Shown here: piece after piece, positions 49,632 to 63,150 of the stretch
How positions within the stretch are numbered: position 1 is the first letter of the stretch
Layout of the letters: each line of letters starts with the position of its first letter
Source: Camelus ferus
Lineage: Eukaryota
Assembly: GCF_009834535.1 (NCBI RefSeq)
Contig: NC_045696.1
Location: 19,966,001-20,030,000 of the forward strand
Direction of reading: 5' to 3'
DNA: 64,000 nucleotides
Notes under the pieces: generated by a model
The model's database searches: none
What the model was told of the DNA's origin: nothing
Seen by the model: only the letters and a program-made list of their open reading frames with translations
Program-made: the position numbers and the translations under genes

Positions 49632-52600
49632 TGGTCCATCTCCAGCGTAACAAGTCACCACCTCCCTGGGACCACGCACAGCCTCTGACAGCTTGATTCA
49701 GAGCTTTCCAGTGCAATCTTGTTTTAAACTGCGTATCTTCCCTCTCTCTCACAGCTAACTCTCAAATGATTTCTAGAGCAAAAATAGCAATTCCTGTTTG
49801 TGTGATCATCTTGTTCCAGGAAACTGAGAGTACCCATATCATGTTCTAATTTCCCATAAACTTTAAGGATTGCTGTTGTTTTGTTTTCATTTCTCTTTCC
49901 TTTCCTTCTGTGCATAGGTGGTGATGCTAAAATTAGGAGTAGGGACCAGGGCAAAATCAGACGTCACAACAGAAACATAAAACGTTTATTCTTAGCTCTT
50001 GATTGTTGTAACAGAAGATATTCTTTTCTTTGTGTCAGGAAAAGTCATAATTAATATGTGGTATTCCTAATAATTATTCTCAGTGATTTGATAACCCACA
50101 AGTCCAAGCGTAGAACCGGCATTTATTTCCAATCTTTCTCGGGTTACACTTGATGTCGGTCGGCTGGGCAACGCTGTGGGGAAATGTGGCTGGACTGCAG
50201 CCACATCTCCCATGGTCATGCCCCCCTTGCCTCACTTGTATCCCTTGCTGTGTTCTATCCCTGCATTCTTACCCTAGAGACCTTAAATTTCCCATCCCTT
50301 ACCCAAGTATACCTATCTAGTGCCTGTTATTTTAGGAATGAGATGATAATTACATGGTCATTATAGTTATCCAGGTAAAGAATCCTAGGGAACCAAAGAG
50401 GACTGGGAAGATCATTACATTTTCCATTAATCTCAGGAATGTTAACTTTTGTCAATATATTAGAAATTGATAAACTAATCCATATTTTAGTCACCATGTA
50501 TTTTTAATCACCATCTATGTACATAATCAGCCAAATAATTGGATTTATTGTGTCAGCACAGAAGAATTAGACATTTAGTATCTTGCTTGATTTGAGCTGC
50601 ACCTGAATTTAAGTGAGCAAATCACATAACATACCAGGATTTTAATTTACTTTTTTCTGTAAAATGAGACCATTGTATTTAGAAAATTTCTTCTGACTCA
50701 GCTTTAGTAGGAGGTAAACTTAAGTAGCTACATATATTCACTTAATCTTTTTATTTATTTGCAACAGATTTTTGTCAATTTTAATCAAGAAAAATAGAAA
50801 ATGTTATTATCTAGAGCATCAACATAAATTTGGAGACAAAATTTTTGCCTATGTAGTAAGCTAATTACATATTTAAACATACCTTAAAAATATACAGTCT
50901 TATTATTTGTTATAGCCTAATAATTATCTGATCTAAAAGTGCAATGCAACCTTAATTTAAAATGAATGCCTCTGTTTAATATGGTATTGGTTTTCAAGGG
51001 GAAGGATAATTAACAGAGGGCAGAAACTTTCCTAATGTCCTATCAGATATCCTGAACTTACCAGTTCATTTTCTTTTCAGGTTTGTATTAATAAATCAAA
51101 TCATGGAACTTAAAGTTGATCATGTGTTCTTCTATTCAACTACGTCCAATATATATGCAGTTCAACTAAAGGGTGAAAAAAAAAAGCTAAGCCAAGGGTT
51201 AATAGTGATTTCTTTTTACGGAGCAAATAACAGGTTTTGACAAAGTGAGAGATAGAAAAATGAATTTCTTGACAGGAGAGGTTGTTAAATATGTGAACAC
51301 GCTCCAAAAGGAGTGTGCAGAACTGGAGGACTTTAGAAACAGGAAATATCTTCCTGTCTATACTGCATGTGATGATCTGGGTGAGATTATAACTAAAGAC
51401 AAAAATATAGACCCAATGAATACAAATGGAATTTTCTAGCCCTGTGGGTTTTAGATTTATTTCAGAGGCTATGATAAAATCAGATTTAAAAGTCATACCT
51501 CATTAAAAAATCCAACTGGAGAATAAGTTTGATTCTGAGATTTTTTTGAGCAAGGAAATGAAAGGAAATCATTGTCTACTTCAGGTTAATACAGTCAGTC
51601 TCTACCATATACAAAACAATAGAGTTGTATGCTCAAAATATTGCGGGGAACACTCAAGTTTATAGAGACGAGAGCAAAAATAGGAAGTGACAATAGAATT
51701 CCTCTTATGGAGAAAGACTGCCTTGTTTAGTAAAATATTTTGTTGGTCCATTTTTCTTGTAGAAAGTTAATGCACAGAATGTCTCCTGATGGGCTAGGCA
51801 TCAGGAAACTATGTAGTTTGTCAGGAAGAAATTTGTAGAGTGGACTGCACATGAGCAAAAAGGGAGGGGTGAAGAGTATCTCAGAATGATTTACAGTCCC
51901 ATGACCAGGGCGCATGAGTGACCTGCCCCAGCCTTGGCCTCAGCTTCATGCCCCTTCCTTGAGATATCGTAAGATCCTTCGAATGCCCGGGACCTGCCAG
52001 GGCAGTTTTCTCTCTGCAACATCATGAGCCCTGAGAAGGATCTCTTGGTCCAGGGTCTTTTTCTTCCCTTACTAGCTTTTCTGACACTTTCACATCCCCT
52101 TCAGTGGAGTCAACCAGAAGCCCAGAGGAGCTCCATAGCTGAGATCTATGGGGTCATGTGGAGTCCTGTGCATGGCTGGGTTCCAGGAAGGTGGTACAGG
52201 TTGCTAGTCACTCTCAAGTTTCAGAACTGTGTTTTTCCATAGGCTCACTGGACATGCAACCACCCAGGATGGGTGGCTCTGATCACACAGGTGACTCTCA
52301 CAATGCAGGGTTCTGGACAACTGACTTTCCATTTCTGAGATTGAGCTCGAGCTATGAAAAAGTACTGTTTAGATTTACTGCTATAAAATTCAGAATGCTA
52401 TATTTAACATGACCAAAAAAAAAGTAAACTATTGTTTACATTTTCCTCCATAATCTTAGTAAGACTTCTCTTTGTGATCATCAACAGACCCCATAGCAAT
52501 TTTTGAAGGAGTTGTTCAGGCCAGTATTCATGAATGACACAATAGATGATGCAATGCCATAAGTACTGACAAAGCCAACATTAAGCAGATGGTTTTAGGG

Positions 52601-52735
52601 AACTGCAGGGGTAGGAAGATCTATATTGTTTCAATACAGGTCACTTCTAAAGAGTCACAGGAATGTGGGCAAAAGTAGTGCTGTCACATTTTCTCACTAC
52701 CATCCTCTCATTGTGGTGGATAAAAAGTTAGGCAG

Positions 52736-53349
52736 TGTGGTAGGCAGAATTCTCAAATAGGCCCCCAAAACTCTTACCTTGCATCATCCCCTCCCTTTTG
52801 AGTGTGGGTGGGACCTGGGAAAATAAGGAGATATTTCTGTGACGATGCTACATTGTATGGCAAAAGGGAAACTGTCCTGGTTGGGCTTGACACAACAGGT
52901 GAGCCCTTTAAAAGCTGAATGTTTTATCTGGCTGGTTGAAGAAGAGGATGGTGGAGAGCAGTGCTTTGGCTGCCCTGGGGAAAGCAAACATCTATTTTGT
53001 AAACTGTCTATGAGAGCCATGTGGCAATGAACACCATCCAGGTGGTCTCCCAGAGCTAAAAGCAGTCTATAGCCAACAGTCGGCAGGAACACAGGGATCT
53101 CAGTCCTACAACCATAAAGAAGTAATTCTACTATTGCCATCCAGCTAGCTTGGAAGAGGACCTTGTGCCTAGATGAGAACCACACAGTTCCTGCCCACAC
53201 CTTTATTTAAGCCCATCCAGACTTTCAGCAGAGAATCCAGTCATCCCGTGTCTTAACCTCTGGCCTTTGGAAACTGAAAGAGAATAAATTTGAATTGTTT
53301 CAAGCTGCTAAGTTTGTGGCAACTTTGCAGCAAGAGAAAAACAAATACA
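52736..53349 (+). mobile_element. MaLR solo LTR (MLT1E-like)
   Basis: TGTGGTAGGCAGAATTCT...GAGTGTGGGTGGGACCTG...CAGTCCTACAACCA...AATAAATT...AAGCTGCTAAGTTTGTGG...AATACA. Confidence 0.88.
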
Positions 53350-55929
53350 CCCAGGAACAGCACAAATGACAATAAAGCCCACGAAGATACGGTTTGTGGC
53401 CCTGCACAGGAAGACATAATGCCTGGACACTAACAAATCCTCAAGTGCTCTCTTAAGACAATGAAGAAATAATCTGTGGCCCTCTTCTCTACTGTTAGTA
53501 TAAACATTCATCAGTCAATCACTATACTTCACATTGGCCATGATATTTTAACATATTTTTAAAAAATCAAATTGTTCATAATGACAAAGTCACTACTAAA
53601 AACAATTTGCCCACGACTACGCATACCATGTGGGTGTCACAGCACCCTGACCATGTGTTTCCTGTTCTGATCGTGTACCTTTCATTAAATGGTATATTTA
53701 AGTTGAGTTTTTTTGTTACTGGCAGTTAGAGTATATCAAATGAAAAGTGAACATTATTTAAATTAGTGTATCATAGAAGATTTTACTCTCAGTGTTGCTG
53801 GTATGAATATTCAATTAGTGATCAACTGTATTTTTGTTTTGATTTCTTTTTTCCCTTTAGCAGAAATATAATGATTTTACCATGGTGACTGAATTATTTG
53901 TGATGCCAACTAGGCACTTGCAGGGATTGTGGTTCTATTTATATATCATCTGAGACATTTGAAAAAAAAAAACCTCCTCTTATTTTGCCAAGGCAATGCA
54001 TTTTTATTTCTTAAAATCACCTTCTAGTATCTTAGAATCAATACCACGTAATTCAAAGAATATATTTCTGTCAAATCCTAAGGACAATGAGGCCGAGTAG
54101 AATTAGACCATCATTATCAAAGTTGAGTGAGTGAAGGAAAAGATCAGATTCTTAAAAATTCCTCCCACTCAGCTATAACTCTAAATATTAGATTTTTCCT
54201 TAAGACATATAGAGTAGAAATAATAATAATGTTTCTTTCAAGCTCACACTTACCCTGGTCTAGCTCCTTTTATTGTTGACAGTAATAATTTAAGCAGATT
54301 TTTAAAAATGCAATTGGAAGAAAATGTATGAATGGGGTCCCTGAACTTTCTATGGGAATCTTCACGATTCTGGGAGTAAGCAAGTACTTGACACTGAGCC
54401 AAAATTGGAAAAAAATGACCTGCAAGAAATTGTTTTCTTCAGGATTGTTTATCTAGTTATATGAACCAGTTCACTGTAGACATTAAATTATCTTCTGTTA
54501 TACACTAAAATAAAATATGCCAAACATATTTTCAGAATATGGACAATTAATAACAATGTTAGGGTATAAACGTGTATTTCTACATGTATATAAGTTATGT
54601 ATTATTATATACTCATGGAAATATAAAAGAGAACAAACTAAAAACGTAAAAGGATCCGGTCAAGATGAAATAGACTTGCTTCAAAATATTTGACTTTATT
54701 AATGTGGTAAAATCAGCTTGTTCTAAATGTATTACTAAATTATAATATTAAATTATTAATTTGCCAATTGGTGAGTGGATGATAATCTGTTTTTCTGAGA
54801 ACAATGTATTTAAATATGCTTTATTGCCAATAGATTTTTAAAAGTTGGTTTTAGAATTTGTGATGCAGAGAGTAGAAAATCAGGTTCTAAATTCAGATTG
54901 TTTGGGTACTTTGTCTCAATGATAGTGATAGTTTAAAAATAGATCTAATAATTACATATGAAGGAAATAAACAATTTATTGCTGGCTGCCCATGGTAAAA
55001 GAAGACACAGTATTTTAAACCACAAAAAAAAATTAGCAAAGGTTTTATTTGTAAATTAACTATGAAATTTTTACTTTCTTAATGTCTATCAGTTATTCAT
55101 AATAGCTAATTGTATCAACTATTTTACTATTTCATACTCATATCTCACATCCATAATTCTATATATTTTATAAATATATGCAAAACACATTGAAACTCTT
55201 AAGACACTAGATTTTTCAGCAAACTATAAAATATGATTTTTAAATGTTTATTTTTCATAAATGAGAATTTTAATAAGTGATATATTTAATACACACAACA
55301 TCTTCAGTAATAAAATACATTTAATGAAAAGTTTTCAAACCCTACTTTCAAAATAATCTCTCCAAAGCATAAGTCTCTCTGATATTTCTTCACTTTTTGT
55401 TAAAATATGACTTATATACTGAATAAAACATTTTCAAGTAAAATTGCTACTTTCAGACTTCTGAGAGCCCTTTGTCATCATAGCTTAAGTCAGCAAATAT
55501 GGAAAAAATATCTTTTATCCGTTAAAGGTGTTACTCTTATTTACATCTGATGCATCTTATAAATGCCCCCTCCCCAACGGTCCCAGATTCCAGGCTCAGA
55601 ACTGCATTCTTTCACAGTCAAGTGACTAATAGGATTTTTCCAATCTGTATTCCAATTGATTAATATTTGTTCAACAGAATTTTATTAGTTTGTTTGTTTA
55701 TTCATTGACTGATAATTGCCAACCATTTGCCATCTCATCTATGAGATATCTGGAGAATGTTTATACAGTTTTTAATTATTTAAGGAACTTAAAGTTAATC
55801 TAAAATATACTTTGTGCTGTGTCATACCTCCTAATTTATATTTCATTTTCTGAAAAGTAGATCTAAATTATACATCGCTAACATTTCTCCGGTGACCCTA
55901 CTAGAGCTTATCTCCATCCTAAATATGCA

Positions 55930-56450
55930 TGATCTGACTAATTTATTTGGAAAATATGAAATCAGTCCTCCATTATTGCTAGTGTGTGTAGCACCATGCT
56001 AAGTAATGGAGTATATAACACTAGAATCTAATCCTTCTGAGGCCAGAATCTAGTAAGGTGTGCAATACATTTAGGTTCAGAAAAAAATGACAGTAAGTCA
56101 GCACTAGAGGCTCTCCTTAGGAAATATCTGACCATGAGCTAGCAGCATTTTAGAAAATAACTGCTGTGAGTTTGTAATGAAAGAGTGCAATGAGATCACC
56201 AGAAATATTCTCCGACAAAGATGGTAAGTGGCCATTAAACATGGAAGGATTATGGAGAAGTGCAGAGGAGGAGAGAAGACATTCCAGATGGGCAGATTGT
56301 CATGACAAGGGACCAGACATGGAAATGCAGATGAGACTGGGGGACAGACCACTGAAAGGTGTGTAAATACTGGTGTCAGAAGACAGGTTGAAGCTAAGCC
56401 CAAAGTTTTGACTTGTAGGTTCTATAATGAGAGAGTCTTCTTTAGAGATG
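55930..56450 (+). mobile_element. L2 fragments
   Basis: Purine-rich degenerate L2-like sequence (ACATTCCAGATGGGCAGA). Confidence 0.4.
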
Positions 56451-57279
56451 AATTCTTTCAAAACCATGAAATCCTCAAGCTTTCCTGCCCTAGATGTGCC
56501 TCATAGGATATGATAGCAACAAAATGATGTTCAGAGAAATTGTACTGGAGAACCAAATTAACACTCAGGAAACAAAGATGTGGTCACTACCAGATATCAT
56601 TATTTCCGAAGCTTAACTAAACTCATGGTTCAGTTTTCCACGTTATCATGTTTTCCCATTGAGTAGCACACATGTGCTTCATTTGCTTTTAAATCAGAAA
56701 CTTGAATTAAGCAGCCGTGGTCACTTTTACAATGCATGAACTAATCTGATGTGCAGCCAACATGCTAACTTCCTTTAAGTTCCCAAGTTCAAATTGCTCA
56801 TGTCAACTTTTCCTTTGTTATTTAGGTAAAATTGGCTTTAATCAACTATCAGTATATGGAGAGTGTGGGAAAAATAATTTATTTCCAATGTTTGTAGAGA
56901 TTCCTAGGGATTTGGAGGAAGGTTGCCTACACATTTCTCCTAAGGTCCTCAAGTTCTAAACTCCTCCTTCTGTTTCTCTCCCTCTCTTCTGGATTTTTTT
57001 TTTCTTCCTGTACCTACAGTTTGTTTCCTACATGATGCCATTCTCCAGAAGTCACTCCTCCCCACACTGTGTCATTTCCCACAAGCCATCTCCTTTCAGG
57101 GACCATGGACTCAAGGCTGTGTACGTACCAGAATTTACCAAATATTCAGGGCAGTTGAAGTATTTCACAGAGTCTGGCAAAGCAACAATCTAATGTTAAA
57201 TATTGAAGAATATGTTTTTAAAATTCCCTCAATTCGAGTTTCATCTTTGCACCAATACTATCATTACAACTACTGCTAA

Positions 57280-57550
57280 TGATAGTCAGTATTTATGGAG
57301 ATCTAGACTAGTAGTAAGAATAATAATAGCCAACAATTATTAAGCATTGCATGTGGGTAATTAGTGTTAACACCACACTAATGATGTAAATACTGTTATA
57401 CCTATTTTAAAGAGAAGAGAAAAGAAGTATAAAGAGATTACTTTTTCCAAATTTCATAACAATGGAGCATGGAGTGGAAATGAGAAAGCAGATTTCAGAG
57501 CACGTGACTTGTGTTGTCTGTTCTGCACAATTACCGTATTCCTGAGCAGG
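57280..57550 (-). mobile_element. MIR-like fragment
   Basis: AATAATAGCCAACAATTATTAAGCA...CCTATTTTAAAGAGAAGAGAA pattern. Confidence 0.5.
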
Positions 57551-60500
57551 GCTGACCCAAGAGTATGTGCAGCTGTAAGCAAATACCTTTTGTGGGAACC
57601 CTACATACATGTAAATAATTTGACTTTTAAAAACATGTTAAAAATGCATGGACTCATGTGGGATAGAGTGGCTTATTAATGAAGATTTAAAATAATAGGT
57701 TGCAAGATTCTTTGTAGTGTATTTAGCTCTTTTCTTATTCTGGTCCAGAGATCACCTATTATTTTTTTATCATCAAGCATGCCATTTCTTGCTAATTGTA
57801 TATCTCCTACCACGAGAAGAAGGTAGCCATATTACACATAGTGACATGGTTTTTCAGTCTGTTTGAATTGAAACAATGTGGACCTATTTTGGCTTTATGG
57901 TTTCTTAATACCATTTATTTAATTCTGTGTCACCCACTGTACCACACGTGGATGCTGACTTGAAATGACTCCCTCAAATGCTGTGGACTGTGCTTCTTTC
58001 ATAATGACCATAAATGCAATCTTATCCAGAGTGTGCAGGAAAATTTGAATGGTAAGTACATTTCCAGTCATGTTATATTTACCATAGTATAAAAGTAGAA
58101 GAACCCATCTTCAACCACAAATTGTCTTGGATGCTTCAGGCAATAATGACTGCATTTCTAAACTATAATCTCTTTCAATGCTGACACAGTACTTTTCTCC
58201 AAATCATGGAGGAAGGGGCTGAAGACGAGATGAGGGGTCAGAGATGGAACGAGAGAAATGGCCCCATTCACCCAAGTAGTTTCCATCCCTTCCCCAGCTC
58301 AGCTTATGACCTACCTGGGAAAGCGTGGCATCACATTGATCAGAGGCAAGACCTATGACGTGGTTTGGAAGAGCCCCCTGGTGCTGCAGAGCAGCACGGA
58401 GTGCCTGGCAGCGATCAGGGGTGTGTGGTGGGAGGGGCTGAACTGTCCTTAGTGTCGGTATAAGGAACGCACAGGGCGAAGGGTGTCTTCTGTCTCCTCA
58501 GCCACCCTTGGGTGCTATAGTCAAAGGCAGCACTTAAGTTGGAACGTGAATGAACAAAAACTGTCACAAAAACTTACACATGCACCTCAAGCTCCAGGAT
58601 CAGTGGTGGAAAATCAGTACTCCAGAGCCCCACGTTCTTTCTGTGAGTGATAGTCACTCAAAATCAGCAACAGCCTGCATTGAAAGAAGAAGCATTTTGG
58701 TTAGGAAGCAAAGCTTCCAACAAAGTTCTTGGCAGTGACTTAAAGATTATTCTTTTTAGCCTCAGAGTTTTGCTGCCATCAGAATTATTATTGTTGAAGA
58801 AAATAAAACAGCTAATAAGGAAAAAGCTGACCTGCAAAAAAAAATCATACCTCAAAATTAGATTAAACATATTCCATCATAAAAATGTGTTCAAATACTC
58901 ACCTAATTACAATAATAAATAGATAAATTGATAAAAGATGAGTAGAAAACAAATGAATGAATACATGCACCAGGATTGAAAACGTTTTCTAATTTCAACT
59001 CCAAATCTCTTCAACGTAACCCACACTGCACACTTCAATGTTTCTCCTAATGCTCACTGTTGAAAAAAAATACATTATTAGTTTTTCTACTAATTCTAAT
59101 CCTGTCTGGCCTCAACTGTCTGCCACATTCCCCATGTATCAGTCACATTATAGGCAATTATTCTATATTGCATCAATATATTTGTTGTTTTCATTTACCA
59201 CAATAAAATGTCACTTCTTCATGTAAATTTAGATTTGCATTACTGAATGCTCTGGCCATTATACCAATGATCTTTATACTCCATTGTGGGTGGGGTCAAT
59301 GGAGGAGGAAGTTAACTAGGATCCCTGAGAGTGTTTTGGAAGTGAACAAAGATTAACACTCGTTTAGTATCATGGTTTTTATTTTTAATTGTTCCACTTA
59401 CAAGTTACTTCCGCCGGCAATGAGACAACATCTTTGAATTGTATTTAAATAAAACATAGGTCTTCTAAATTCATATCTCATTTTTTTAGATAATGTATAA
59501 CTAGTGAATTCTGCCCAGAACAAGATTTGTGTGCTCTCTTTACCAATCATTTTTCCTCTAGATTGAGAGCAATGCTCAAAAAAAAAGCTCAAAGACCACC
59601 CTCATTAATAATCACCTTCATTAAATAAAATGTATCTTCTACTGAAATAAATATTAAAATGTCTAAGGGATTTTGGTAGAAAGTATACCTTTAATCATCT
59701 CTTAGCTAATACACTAGTCTGGCACATGGGAAACACAGAATGGGCACTGGGTCATGGTTGCTGAATGACTAGGAAAACAAAATATTCTTATGGTTTCTGT
59801 AATACTTTGAATTTTTTGTTTTAAATACAATTTTCTTAGCAAAAAAAGAAATTCCTACAATGTAATATCTTTCTTTTCTTCTTTCTTCTTATTCTCTCTC
59901 TCTCTTTCTCTCTTTTCTGTAAAAGTCTTTGTGATGATTTACTTTAAGCCTATACACTATTATGAAAATTTCATAGGAAAATAACATTGATACACTTAAT
60001 TCAGAAAAGCCAGGAATTGGTCTCCATAATCTAGAAACCTGGACCTAGGTTAAAAAATTGAGTGTTTTTTTCTTATTTTTAGGAAATATTGAAACATAGG
60101 CTTTAGAGAACCCTCAGCAAAATGGACATAGAAGAGAAGCAGAACTAGAACTGTGGACACATTTCAAAAGGCATACTGCTCTGCTTACAGCAAACATAAC
60201 CAGTTGTTCCCACATCTATCATTCTACGAAAATTAAAACAACCTCCTAACTCCATGCAATGTAAACATTCAGCAGAATCTTTTGGGAATTTTCCCAGCAA
60301 AAAGATTTTCATATTACTATTCTCTGACTCAACCAATATACAATCTCAGGACCAGAGGTGAGTCATGATTTGTGGCCCCATTCCCTTTGCCAGTGATTGG
60401 GCATGCTGTGACATTCTAGGTGTTAGAATGTGAATATGCATTACCCGGAAGCACTGCAGCCTTCTTGTATCCATGAGGTATTTCAGAAATACAGTAGGAG

Positions 60501-61747
60501 TAACAGAGCAGAAAGATGACAGGGACACAGGTCTTTCACGATGTCATTGATCCAGTAAATTAACCAACAGAAAGGCTGCCCTTCCCTGGACCATTCTAGT
60601 TACTTGAGATAACAAATCACCTTATGGTTTTATCCTTTTTTGTTGTTTTTCCTTACTGTGACTTATACCTGAAATCATCTTCATTGACAAAAACGTATCT
60701 ATTAGGAAAACTTATTATTCCCATTGCTGAAATCTTATATGAATGGCTTATTTATAATTAATTTATGAATGACTCAATTTATGAACAGGGTAAACAGATT
60801 GATTTAAAATTGATTGATTTAAGACAGATTTAGCACTTAGATATTTCTATAAAATCCATTAAACATGTATTATGTGTTATACATTATTTGAAATACACAA
60901 AAGGTTAAAAAAAAGAAATGATCTCTACCCAAAAGCATGATTAAGTGAGGTTATAAAATCACAGCCTAGGTGTATTTGAGCTATGGGTAAACTTGCAAAG
61001 AACTGGTACATTTATTCTCTGCAAATGGATTGTTTTCAAACTTTGTCTACGTGTAGTTATTTGACTGAATTGCATATTTGGCCAATTTATTTTTCAGATA
61101 GCATCTATGTCCTCACCTGTCACTTGGGAAATCTACAGGCAGCTTTTAAAGAGTAACAAAGAATAAACATTCCAAAAAAAAATCTATCAGAGACTATGCT
61201 GAAAAATAAATGTATAAAGAAAAATAAGAGAGAAACCAGATTGAATCCAATCAGTTGTCTAAGAAATTACCAATTATATATAAAATTTAATAAACAGAGA
61301 TGTAATTATTTATGGCTCCAGAGGTCTGGATTTGTCCTGAAATAGCTGTGTGGTCTTTATCAAATAACCCCTTCTCCAGGTAGTCTTAATTTCATTCTTA
61401 AATCAAATCAGACAATTAGAGTCCAGATAAGTGATTTGGTCCCTTGGAAAACTGTCTTTCATTGAGGAAAGTTATCAAAAGAGGGAATTAGAACTCACTA
61501 GGGTATTTTGAGGACATCTGTCTGTACTACCTAAGAAACTCCTTAGAGGCATTTCATTCAGATATTAGTACCAGGAAAACAGACAAGCAAGCAAATAAAC
61601 AAATGGCATTCCCCCTTTACAAGTGATTCTTTTTTAGCTTAAATTAATTAAGAATCTCAATATCAAACATTTATTCTTTTGATTTGGCCACCAAGAACCT
61701 ACAGAGATCAATTTGAAGCGTCTATCCCCTGAGCTTTCCCCAACCCT

Positions 61748-62094
61748 GCCAGCTTTATTAAGGTAAAATTGGCATCTAACATTGTGTGAGTCAGGCGGAC
61801 AAGGTGGTGATTCGATTCACTTATATATTGCAAAGTGTTTATCACAGTAAGGTTAATTAACAGGGCTTCCACCACACACAGTCACCATTCGGTTGTTGTT
61901 GATATGGTGAGGAAAGTAAAGGCCTACTCTTCCAGCAACCTTTGAGGATAGAATACAGAATTGTTAACTAGAGACACGCTGCTGTACAGTATTCACCTTA
62001 TAACTGAAAGTGTGTGCTCTTTGACCATCAGCTTTGTTTCCTGCCACCAACCCCGGCCCCCAGCCCCTGGCAGCCACCATTCTAAATTCTGTTT
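61748..62094 (-). mobile_element. Older L1 (L1MA9/L1_Art-like) 3' end
   Basis: CCAGCTTTATTAAGGTAAAATTGGCA...CTACTCTTCCAGCAAC...CTTATAACTGAAAGT...TTTGACCA...CCCCTGGCAGCCACCATTCTA. Confidence 0.8.
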
Positions 62095-63124
62095 GACCAG
62101 TGACAGTAGATAAGTACTCCTGGCTTTAAGTTGCCTCTGACTTTTACATGCTTCTTTCTTCTACACCTCAGCTCCCTCATTTATCTAATTTAAACTCATG
62201 AACTGTATCTCTTTTAGTTAGTATTTGTGAGTTGGGAGGAGACAGATGCTTAAGTTTCCTTAATTATAAATCAAGAAAGCTGTGTACAGAGAGATGAACT
62301 ATGTGATGTCTTTGAATTTTTAAAGTTCTATTTATCTGTTTCTTCTTTCCTTTAATTTGCTGCTAATAAGTTGTGACATATATTTATTGATACTGATATT
62401 TCAAAGGAAGCCACTTATCTCTAGCTTTAAGAGAATAACATGAATCAAAGGAAATCATTTGAACTAGAAAGATTAGTTGTACTAATCCAAACTTGTCATT
62501 AATAAAGGTAATTAAGAAAATTTCTAGCTAAAAAAATATATAAGCCCACATTTTATTAGCATGATTTTTTCTTTCTTGTCTGTAAGACAAAATGCACCAT
62601 AGCATATTTATTTTTCTAAATATAGTGATTTTTATAAAAGGTGATAAGTACAACTTATCCTGTTCTGACTTTTCTAATGGCACACTTTAAAAGAATTATT
62701 TAGGCATGGGCAATTTCATTTCCTTAATCATGTTCATGTATCAATGATGCATGCAATATTATCTATTTCTCACAGTTTTAAAGGAGAATATTGTTCTAGC
62801 ATATGCTCCACATGGATAAAATATAATACCACTTCTCAGCTAAAATACAGACAAGTGAAACTAGATTGAGGAAGCCCTTCAATATAACATTAAAGTCTAT
62901 TTGGGATTCTCTTCCAGATCTTCATTCTTCTTTGACATCCCTTGGAGTCCATTTCAAATGTGGTTATCAGGTTCCATAAAATAGGGAAATAAATTGGCCT
63001 AATTGTATAAAGTAACATTTAATTATAAAAATTCAAATAGTGTATGTGTAGTCTCTTTGGACTTTTAGTGCTAGGACTAAGAATTAGAAAGAACATGAAT
63101 CCTAATGCTTTTGAACCAGTGTTG

Positions 63125-63150
63125 TGTTTCGTTTTGTTTTGTTTTGTTTC
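63125..63150. repeat. (GTTTT)n short repeat
   Basis: GTTTTGTTTTGTTTTGTTT. Confidence 0.85.

Noticed and set aside
51073..51496. Plus-strand acceptor TTTTCTTTTCAG followed by short ORFs (64 aa plus, 118 aa minus)
   Set aside because: Stops and an A-run follow the acceptor, and the peptides are unrecognisable.
58200..58550. GC/CpG-richer patch with a 64-aa ORF as exon or pseudogene
   Set aside because: No homology I can recognise and no convincing splice-site pair.
59396..59436. 30-nt minus-strand exon (AG|ATGTTG...AACTT|GTAAGT)
   Set aside because: No polypyrimidine tract and a weak exonic donor context. The ACTTCCG ETS-like motif explains the CpGs equally well.
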